Part shown: positions 23,001 through 35,000 of the stretch, in pieces | Layout: each line of letters opens with the position of its first letter | Numbering within the stretch: position 1 is the stretch's first letter | NCBI GenBank assembly: GCA_965235115.1 | Contig: OZ249436.1 | Span: forward strand, 16,742,001-16,806,000 | Reading direction: 5' to 3' | Length of the DNA: 64,000 nt | Source: Laetmonice hystrix | Lineage: Eukaryota | Translations under genes and position numbers: made by a program | The notes under the pieces: model-generated | Told to the model about the DNA's origin: nothing | Databases searched by the model: none | Seen by the model: the letters and a program-made list of their open reading frames with translations, nothing else

Positions 23001-26000
23001 ATACTGTCACTGTAACACTGGCACACGTAAAGTTAGACTCGATCACTGTAAGAAAGACACCCACACCCACACTCAAAAGTAACTTATGCTCTACTGTTTG
23101 TTAAACTGGTCAGCAACAATAAAAAAACACGCCTTATTTCGTGGATGTAAAGTTACACAGGGGAAAAGGGTGCCAGGAAACTGTAAAAAGACAACATATT
23201 GTACGAAGACCATTTTAAATTCTAGAGTGTTTAAGGCTAAAAGTTCATGCATAATAGCTATTTAGCAAATCAAAGCTCTACAAGTGCGGGTTTAGCATGC
23301 TGATTATAATCAACAGACACCGCCGAACTACTACTACATACATATTACACGCATGACAGCAAGGCGCCTCGGCCGTTTGTAAAATCAGTGCTGACACTAG
23401 TCACAATTCTTTGATTTCACGGACGTCAGTGTCCAGTTTGGTGGAGATTTAAAACCCAGCTCTGACGGTTTTATAGCGACCCCTGGCGGTCAGCTTACTC
23501 TCATGTTACGGTTACAATCCAGATTTAAAAAATTATTGTTGGGCCCCGATATTGACACTGAACCTTGACTGAACCAATCTTTGCTTTTTACTATGATCTC
23601 TAGAAACTTCTGGAAGGAAGTGTTGAAAAGGTTTAATCATCTTAATGTGTTTTCCATACTGGAGTTTCCTTCTACATGTGCTTGAAATATGCACAATAAT
23701 ATAAGTTTGCGAGTGTTGCCCAGTCGGTAAAACTACTGACACTGTACGAACCATCTAGTCCTAGCCCTCTCTATATTCATGTCTGGCGTGGGGGGGGGGT
23801 GCTATCCCTTCCAGCGCCCGATGGCACCTAAGATGATCCCGGAGGAATCAGGTTCTGGGGCTAGAGTGTCCCAGGACACTTTTTAGTATCACTTGTACCT
23901 AAAAATGGGGAACTGATCCTAGAGGCATGGTCCAAGTCCTACCGTTCGAAGATCTGCATGGCGTCTCCAGAACACACGATAACCAATTGAGAGACAACTG
24001 ATTTGGAACCTTGCCGCGGATTGAGCCCACTGACGGGATACGGGTTGTATTGCTACGTCCCTTTAGAAGAGTTGTGTCACACTTATCGCCGAGTTACACC
24101 CTCACCTCTCCAAGTGGACACATACCAACCGAGCCGAACTCTTCGTACTGTCAGGTTTTCAACAGCGCCCTTCCAGACTACGACACCTGACGTGGAGACC
24201 GGTGCCTCGCAGTTCCCTACATTTCTACAGAGGTGCAAATTGCTTTATATATCCCCCACCAGGTCGAGGACCACAGAAAGGAAAAAGGAAATTAAAAGTA
24301 TTCAAGTACTACAGGTCTTAGGTAAAGATTAAATTCTAATTTTGATAGACATTTTAAGTGAACGCCCTCTCCACATTGCAGTCACGTGTCCATGTCTTGA
24401 TACTCACTTGATATGCACATAAGAGTGCCAATCGCAGGGATAGACTATTGTTAGACTCTCTATTGTTGGGTCTTTTGTTTTGCGACTTACTGACGTGTGA
24501 AGAAATAAAAGTAGCCTAGCTTTGCCTGCATGGCACATCGAGCAGGTCCCTGCCGATCTATATGTATACGCCATCAGGTGTGTAGTTAGCTGTTAGTAAA
24601 GTATGAGTGCAATGAAATGCCTGCAACCACCGGAGCTGCAAGCGATACTACGGGGTCGGGTACATATCCCCCCCCCCCCTCCTCCCGAAGAGAATTGAAA
24701 GAAAAGTTCATTTTCCTACATTCTGAGAACACCAATGTACAATTTCCTGGTGTGGAACTATCTCATGTGGCCCTGATATATATTCTTAATGCCAGGGCCG
24801 TAGCCTGCGGCCGCGGGGGGAGGGGGGTGCAGCTTGCTAGTCGTCAGGGTTAGGCTCCTACTCTGCGCGGTTAGAACAACATATCGGTTGCGGTGACTGG
24901 GGCAGTATTAGGCAGGGTTAGGGGGACTGTTCGACAGTCTGAGTAGGAACACTTACAAACTGACAAACTCAGTTTGAGCTGACGAGTTGGAGGATGAGCC
25001 GCTGTTCTCGGACGAGAGGTAGATACTGATTTTCTGGGTCTCCCGCTCCTTAGTCTGTGCCGACGGGTAGACTACGCTGGGGCTGTCACTGCAAGACAAC
25101 ACCACATCAAAACACACCATGCTGGGCTGTCACAGCAAGACAACACCACATCAAAACACACCATGCTGGGCTGTCACTGCAGGACAACACCACATCAAAA
25201 CACACCATGCTGGGCTGTCACTGCAGGACAACACCACATCAAAACACACCATGCTGGGCTGTCACTGCAGGACAACACCACATCAAAACACACCATGCTG
25301 GGCTGTCACTGCAGGACAACACCACATCAAAACACACGGTACATCACGTTAGTCCAATTGCCGACATTTGCGACTGGAAACTTGGTACGGCTCGGTCGCT
25401 GGGAAGATAAACCAGCGGATCGGCGTCGTATAGTTTTAGGATGATAGATCGCTGGGCAACCTCACCGACTGCGCGCAATGGGCAGTCAGTAACGTTGGCG
25501 ACTGGACTACGTCCATGTAAAAATATAATAATGCCAACCCAAACTCTGGTCACAACATCATGAAACTTAAGTGAGAAACCAACAACATGGTCATGCAGGT
25601 GAGAAGTGGGGGTTTATGGATTGTGCGCGGGTTTTCTGGATTGTGCGCGGGTTTTCTGGATTGTGCGCGGGTTTTCTGGATGGTCCGTGAGTTTTGGACA
25701 ACAAAACGTCACAACGTGATATCTCCACCATTTGTAACGTGGGGATTTTTCAGACCGATTACCAAACTGAGGGGTGTAACAAATGTAAACCTTACAAAAA
25801 GTCCCTGGCAGCATTGAATGAGATAAGACATTTCAAACATCAAAAAAGCTGATATAATTAAATCTGTCATAATTTCAGTGTTGGTGTGATTTATAATCTC
25901 TCTGAAAAACATTCCAGAAAACTGCTCCCATATGACCGGCTCATTCTCAAACATACTTAAACATTTACTCGCGGCTGAGTGAGTAAATACACGACATTCA

Positions 26001-29000
26001 TTAGATAGATGACGATGCGCTGCATGCTGAAGGGAAGCGTCTAAGAAGCAGCCAGCATGCTGAGTTGGCCTCAGTAAGGCAGGACTCACAGTTCGAGGGG
26101 CTCCGAGTAGGCCTCCGAGTCCGAGTACAGGGGGTTGGTGAGACGACCATCTGAGCGCTTCCTGCCAGGGGCGAACCCCGGACCTAGTCTCTTCATGGAC
26201 GGATTCTGGATCACGTGACGGGCTCTAGGTACAAAAAAAACAGAGATGCAAACCTCAGAACTACACCAGTGGAGAACAGGTTCAGGGGAGTATAGGACAG
26301 AGATTACAGCCTCAGAACTACACCAGTGGAGGACGGGTTCAGGGGAGTATAGAACAGAGATTACAGCCTCAGAACTACACCAGTGGAGGACGGGTTCAGG
26401 GGAGTATAGAACAGAGATTACAGCCTCAGAACTACACCAGTGGAGGACGGGTTCAGGGGAGTATAGAACAGAGATTACAGCCTCAGAACTACATGAGTGG
26501 GGGCGGGTTCAGGGGAGTATAGAACAGAGATTACAGCCTCAGAACTACATGAGTGGGGGCGGGTTCAGGGGAGTATAGAACAGAGATTACAGCCTCAGAA
26601 CTACATGAGTGGGGGCGGGTTCAGGGGAGTATAGAACAGAGATTACAGCCTCAGAACTGCACGAGTGTGTGTGTGGGGGGGGGGGGCAGGGAAGTATAGA
26701 ACAGAGATTACAGCCTCAGAACTACACGGGTGGGGGCGGGTTCAGGGGAGTATAGGACAGAGATTACAGCCTCAGAACTACACAGGTGGGGACGGGTTCA
26801 GGGGAGTATAGAGCAGAGATTACAGCCTCAGAACTACACCAGTGGAGGACGGGTTCAGGGGAGTATAGAGCAGAGATTACAGCCTCAGAACTACACCAGT
26901 GGAGGACGGGTTCAGGGGAGTATAGGACAGAGATTACAGCCTCAGAACTACACAGGTGGGGGCGGGTTCAGGGGAGTATAGAACGGAGGTTACAACCTCA
27001 GAACTACACGAGTGGGGGGGAGGGCTCTAGTAGATGGAACATTGAGGTGCCTCAGGTGCCTGCATGTCCCGATTGACAGCCAGAACATATTCTGGATCGA
27101 CAGTCACAACTTATTGTAACAGTCATTGGAAACTTTTCACCCTAAAACCTACTGTCGGTAGGTGACGTAGACCACCACGATGCCGACGATGGTTCCGAAG
27201 AAGACTAGGACTGAGATAACGATGAGAGCGATCTCAGCTCCTGTGATGTGGTAGGGAGGGTGCAGCACGGTCACAGGCTTGATCTCCTCCACTTGGTATT
27301 TGGTGAACAGTGCCTCGATCTGCTTGGACTTCTCTGAGACTCTCCTGGTAAATAAACACAATCTGACCTCACACTATCATTGACGTAACACAATATAACA
27401 TGGTAACATGTGGCTATACTGGACATAACACTATATAACATGGTAACATGTGTCTATTCTGGACGTAACACAATAAAACATGGTAAAATGTGGCTATTCT
27501 GGACGTAACACTATATAACATGGTAACATGTGGCTATTCTGGACGTAACACTATATAACATGGTAACATGTGGCTATTCTGGACGTAACACTATATAACA
27601 TGGTAACATGTGTCTATTCTGGACGTAACACTATATAACATGGTAACATGTGGCTATTCTGGACGTAACACTATATAACATGGTAACATGTGTCTATTCT
27701 GGACGTAACACTATATAACATGGTAACATGTGGCTATTCTGGACGTAACACAATAAAACATGGTAAAATGTGGCTATTCTGGACGTAACACTATATAACA
27801 TGGTAACATGTGGCTATACTGGACGTAACATGATATAACATGGTAACATGTGGTTATTCTGGACGTAACACGATATAACATGGTAACATGCGGTTAATCT
27901 TTTACTATCCTGGACGTCAACGTGATTTGTTTACCTGAGAATGTCGGCTCTCGAGACGATGACACCTTTATCCTCGTCAACAGCATAAAAGTACATGTCA
28001 GTCCTGTGTGAACATCAAATAAAAACATTCGCTATCAACGAGGACATGATGGATTTGTATGACGCCGCCTTTTTAAATCAGGACAAGGAGATCTCCCAAG
28101 GTTATCCGTAATTGTATTAACTCATATCAATCACATTGTGTGTTATCATTTACAAGGTAATTTATTATCAATTTATGACAAATATTGAAATTTGAAAAGC
28201 AAGATTTCACTTCATCGAAAATTATGTTTTTACAAGAATACACATCCCTTAGTCCATCAACTGTTATGATGTGGTACTCACATTCCGACATCGAGGAAGT
28301 TGTTTTCGTTGACTCGGTGAGGTTCGAGTTTCTCCACCTCCACCCGCCATCCCAGGATGTCACTCAGAGCTCTGTGAGGCACAAATACACAACTGGCTCA
28401 TAGAGACTCAGAGCTCTGTGGGACACAAATACACAACTGGCTTATACAGACTCAGAGCTCTGTAGGACACAAATACACAACTGGCTTATACAGACTCAGA
28501 GCTCTGTGGGACACAAATACACAACTGGCTTATACAGACTCAGAGCTCTGTGAGACACAAATACACAACTGGCTCATAGAGACTCAGAGCTCTGTAGGAC
28601 ACAAATACACAACTGGCTCATAGAGACTCAGAGCTCTGTGGGACACAAATACACAACTGGCTTATACAGACTCAGAGCTCTGTAGGACACAAATACACAA
28701 CTGGCTTATACAGACTCAGAGCTCTGTGGGACACAAATACACAACTGGCTTATACAGACTCAGAGCTCTGTGAGACACAAATACACAACTGGCTCATAGA
28801 GACTCAGAGCTCTGTAGGACACAAATACACAACTGGCTCATAGAGACTCAGAGCTCTGTGGGACACAAATACACAACTGGCTTATAGAGACTCAGAGCTC
28901 TGTGGGACACAAATACACAACCGGCTTATAGAGACTCAGAGCTCTGTGGGACACAAATACACAACCGGCTTATAGAGACTCAGCTCTGTGGGACACAAAT

Positions 29001-32000
29001 ACACAACCGGCTTATAGAGACTCAGAGCTCTGTGGGACACAAATACACAACTGGCTCATAGAGACTCAGAGCTCTGTAGGACACAAATACACAACCGGCT
29101 TATAGAGACTCAACTCTGGGACACAAATACACAACCGGCTTATAGAGACTCAGAGCTCTGTGGGACACAAATACACAAGCATCTCTTTGAGACTCAGAGC
29201 TCTGTGGGACACAAATACACAAATCTACCTTATGAGTTCCTTGCGCCGTGCCTTGAACTCTGCCGGGGGTATCTTGGCAATAAGAACAGCACGCTGACTG
29301 TTGGAGAGTACAAAAACCTGGACAGAAAATAGGATATGTTACATCGACAGCTGAGCATGGTTACACTGACAGCTGAGCATGGTTACACTGACAGCTGAGC
29401 ATGGTTACACTGACAGCTGAGCATGGTTACACCGACAGCTGAGTATGGTTACACCGACAGCTGAGCATGCATGGTTACACTGACAGCTGAAGATATGCTG
29501 ACCAGTGTTGCCAACCTGGTAGAGCTTGAATTCTGGAGGTTTAGGTATTGCGAGCGGCGTCAGCCGCGAAGCCTTGCTAGGGGGTCCGGGGACATTCCCC
29601 CGGAAACATTTTCAATAACAAACATTAAAATATGCATTGAAAGGGACTTTGATTGAAAATAAAAGTCATGCCAAGTGTGATTATAACAGGCTTTTGTCAT
29701 CTTTTTTTAATCAATCTTCCAGATTTCAACTTTTGAGCAGACAAGCTGTACAAAATCGTAGGCATTATCATAGTGATTGGGAGGGAGTGTCGGGAGGGTT
29801 GGCAACACTGGCTGACAAGTCTGCCAGATAACATGAAGGATACTTCCAGTTAAACATACATCATGCTTGTTACACTAACCTTGACGGTGGTGGTTGTCGA
29901 GTGACCTGCCCCAAGGTTATCAGTGGCCGTGACCTTGAACTGGAAGAGCTCCCCCTGGCGAGAGTTGAGCAGTTCCTTCGTCCTCACTTCGCCTAACTCC
30001 TCACTCACGTAGAACTGGTCGCTCGCCGAACTGTTGAACACCACGGCGCTGTTGTTTCCCGAGTCGGCGTCTTTAACCTGAACACACATATTGTTCAACC
30101 ATCGTTCATCATCTACTATAGAACGGGCTTTAAACATGAACACACAGATTGTTCAACCATCGTCCATCCTCTAATATAGAACGGGCTTTAAACATGAACA
30201 CACAGATTGTTCAACCATCGTTCATCCTCTACTATAGAACGGGCTTTAAACATGAACACACAGATTGTTCAACCATCGTTTATCCTCTACTATAGAACGT
30301 GCTTTAAAGCAATCAGTGAGTATCCCTCATTTCAATGACTCCAAAATGTAGACATGGGCTGGGGGGTTAGATAAGCCTTAGACTTCATAAATCAATAAAT
30401 GTATACCCACAGAAATGGAGAAAACTAATGAAATTTAACATTCCAGTTGCCTGTTGTCGCCATGAAGCGACCGTCCCATGGCTGGTTGTTGACCTGACAT
30501 TGACTTGAACAGCCAATGAAATTCATCGAGCGATGAACCAATTTTCCCAGCTGACCTCTGAGTGACTTTAGAGAGGACTAAGACGAATGAATAGTGTCAC
30601 TTACCTGGAGAACGGTTACCACATAGTTGATGCTGGCGTCGTGAGGGACGCCCACAATCACCGGGTTACTGGTGAAACTGGGCTTGTTGTCATTCTCATC
30701 ACCAACGGCAACCGTTACCATGGCAACATTGGGCGACTCTGGATATATATTTCACAGATATCTAACTGGTAACCAACAGTGAATTTTATCAATGAGAAGT
30801 TTCATACAGGCTAGTTATATCATTTTAAACCGTGAGCTACCACTCACCGAGCGTGTCTCGCCGCCGCCGCTGGCTCCCCCTAGTGGCGTTCACACGAACC
30901 CTCTCGGCACCCACGACCACCGTGTAGAAGGGCTGACCCTCCCGATCGAGGGACTGTGTACACCACAGACGACCTGTCACGTTCTCCATGTAGAACAGCC
31001 CTGATACACGAACCGTTGCCATGACAACCATATCATAAGTGGGTACTCAATTCAAGAATATTCAACTGTTTTATGTTACTTTACCCCCGAAGAATGACCT
31101 GTATGAGAACTGTGTTCTGATAAATGAGAAGGGGATTTGTTGTACCCATGACAACTCATAGCGTAGATCGACGCTAGGGTAACTGACCGTTTCGATGTCC
31201 GTCGATGATATAGTAGGAGACCAAATTTCCCGCGCGTTCGTCGCCCGTAGTGAGGTCTATTAATAGCTGTGGTGGAGGTTTGTTCTCGGTCAAAGTCACG
31301 GAATACTCAGATTGATCGAACGCTGGTACTGGCCCAGTCCTCACCACTGTCACACGGAGCTGTAAACGGTAGGAGAAACTGGCCAATGGTAGGATCTTCA
31401 GGCATTCACTGCACACACACACTGACCAATGGGAGGATCTTCAGGCATTCACTGCACACACACTGACCAATGGTAGGATCTTCAGGCATTGACTGCACAC
31501 ACACACTGACCAATGGGAGGATCTTCAGGCATTCACTGCACACACACGCTGACTAATGGGAGGATCTTCAGGCATTCACTGCACACACACAGTGACCAAT
31601 GGTAGGATCTTCAGGCATTCACTGCACACACACACTGACCAATGGGAGTGTCTTCAGGCATTCACCGCACTCATACTGACCAATGGGAGGATCTTCAGGC
31701 ATTCACTGCACACACACACACACACTGACCAATGGGAGGATCTTCAGGCATTCACTGCACACACACTGACCAATGGGAGGGTCTTCAGGCATTCACTGCA
31801 CTCACACTGACCAATGGGAGGATCTTCAGGCATTCACTGCACACACACACACACACACTGACCAATGGGAGGATCTTCAGGCATTCACTGCACACACACT
31901 GACCAATGGGAGGGTCTTCAGGCATTCACTGCACTCACACTGACCAATGGGAGGATCTTCAGGCATTCACTGCACTCACACTGACCAATGGTAGGATCTT

Positions 32001-35000
32001 CAGGCATTCACTGCACTCACACTGACCAATGGGAGGATCTTCAGGCATTCACTGCACTCACACACTGATCAATGTTAGGATCTTCAGGCATTCACTGCAC
32101 ACACACTGACCAATGGGAGGATCTTCAGGCATTCACTGCACTCACACTGACCAATGGGAGGATCTTCAGGCATTCACTGCACTCACACACTGATCAATGT
32201 TAGGATCTTCAAGCATTCACTGCACTCACACTGACCAATGGGAGTGTCTTCAGGCAGTCACTGCTCACACACACTGACCAATGGGAGGATCTTCAGGCAT
32301 TCACTGCTCACACACTGACCAATGGGAGTATCTTCAGGCATTCACTGCACTCACACTGACCAATGGGAGGATCTCCAGGCATTCACGTACTGCACACACA
32401 CTGACAAATGAGAGGATCTTCAGGCATTCACTGCACACACACTGACCAATGGGAGGATCTGCAGGCATTCACGTACTGCACACACACTGACCAATGGGAG
32501 GATCTTCAGGCATTCACTGCACACACACTGACCAATGGGAGTGTCTTCAGGCATTCACTGCACCCACACTTAGCAATGGGAGGATCTTCAGGCATCCACT
32601 GCTCACACACGCTGACCAATGGGAGGATCTGCAGGCATTCACTGCACACACACTGACCATTGGGAGGATCTTCAGGCATCCACTGCTCACACACACTGAC
32701 CAATGGGAGGATCTTCAGGCATTCACTACACACACACACACTGACCAATGGTAGGATCTTCAGGCATTCACTGCACACACACTGACCAATGGGAGGATCT
32801 TCAGGCATTCACTGCACTCACACTGACCAATGGGAGGATCTTCAGGCATTCACTGCACTCACACTGACCAATGGGAGGATCTTCAGGTCCAGACTGACCA
32901 ATGGCTAACTACCTACCACCCTAAAACTGGCCAATCAAAGTGGGGATTAAGAAATACGTCACATTCGTACCTTGGCTGTGTCGGTATTGCGTGGCGCCGA
33001 GTTGTCCGAGGCCTGCACCACCAGTTCATAGCCGAGTCTCCGGGCACTGAGTGTCCTCTTCAAGGTCACCTCCCCGTGAGTCTCGTCAATGGAGAATATG
33101 TCATCTTCTCCTGTAAGGCATCATGACACTCCGTCATTCCATACCATTCCCACAATACGGTCACAAATATCACTCGATTGTATGTTCTTTTTCTAACTGA
33201 TAATGACATCTGCCCGAGTAACAACTCACCACTGATAGTGTAATAAAAACGCCCTCTGCCGGCTGAGACGACAAACACGGTGGCCCCGACAGCCATGTCT
33301 GACGGAATCTTCACGTCATATACGTCCTGAGGGAAGTACGGCACTCGACCTGACTCCCCGGTCACATTGACGTACACGTGTGCTCTGGATGACATCGAGG
33401 GTGAGCCAAGGTCAGACGCTTGGACAACTAGATCGTAAACTTGGGGGTCCTCAGTATCAAGGTCAAGGCCACCCATCGTGTAGATGACACCGGCATTACC
33501 TGGAAAACAAAACAATACTCTGTTTTCACTTTCACCCTCAGTATCACAGTGATCGGACAAACATTGCCACATTATTGCCTACATCCCTACATCATAGTGC
33601 TCAGCTTCTAAATCAGGAAGTCTCTCTGCTTTTGTAGGCATGTCTAGGAGTCTTAATGCGTGCCAATAAGAAAACTAGGGAGCAAGATGTGCATTTATCG
33701 GTAGGTTCCAAGCCGTGACGTCATACAACTACACAATGACGTCACAGGCGGTTGGAGTGAGGTCACACCTACCCTTGGTTTGAATGTAAAAGGGTACGAT
33801 TCCATCCTCGGAGTTCACGAGGTCATACACCACGGTTCCGTTGATGCCGGTGTCAGGGTCACTGGCTACCATGGCGATGACCTCGACCCCTGACCTTGTG
33901 ACCGAAGTGATGGTTGCTTGGTACGAGTTCTGGTCAAAGGTTGGAGCGTTATCATTCAGGTCGATGACGTCGATGATGACTTGGGTGAATGCAGACAGTG
34001 GGGGTATGCCTTCATCGTGGACCTGTACAGCCAGACACAGGTCAATCACAGACTCACAAATCACAAACTCATTGGGGCGATACGGGTAACTCAGTAGCGT
34101 CTAGGTTCAGTCTGTATTCCACTCAGTCTACAATCTTACCCCTAGGTTCAGTCTGTAGTACACTCAGTCTGCGACCTACTCTGCGACCTTACCTCTATAG
34201 GCCTAGCCAGTCTGTAGTACACTCAGTCTGCGACCTTACCCCTAGGTTCAGTCTGTAGTACACTCAGTCTGCGACCTTACCTCTATAGCCAGTCTGTAGT
34301 ACACTCAGTCTGCGACCTTACCCCTAGGTTCAGTCTGTAGTACACTCAGTCTGCGACCTTACCTCTATAGCCAGTCTGTAGTACACTCAGTCTGCGACCT
34401 TACCCCTAGGTTCAGTCTGTAGTACACTCAGTCTGCGACCTTACCCCTAGGTTCAGTCTGTAGTACACTCAGTCTGCGACCTTACCTCTATAGCCAGTCT
34501 GTAGTACACTCAGTCTGAGATCTTACCCCTTGGTTCAGCCTGTAGTACACTCAGTCTCTATAGCCAGTCTGTAGAGTCTAGTACACTCAGTCTGCGACCT
34601 TATCCCTAGGTTCAGTCTGTAGTACACTCAGTCTGAGATCTTACCCCCAGGTTCAGTCTGTAGTACACTCAGTCTGCGACCTTACCTCTATAGCCAGTCT
34701 GTAGTAGGGACAATTCTCCCTGTCAAGCCGACCAATCACAGTGAGGTCTCCAGTTGCTGCGTCAAGTCTGAAGGGCGAATCTGGAAGAGAACAGAGTTCA
34801 GAGACGTTATGTCTCCTTCGCCTTGAGGGACGTCCGTACGTAGGCCTCCTAGTAGTAGAGAAAATGAAAGATCCCTACCACACGAGGCAGTAGGGCCTAT
34901 ACGAACATGACTGGTCAGTTCAACCAGGTTTGTTGACCCACCGGGTTTGTTCTCCACAGACAGGCTGTAAACCAGCCGACTGTTCGGCCCATCCTCATCG

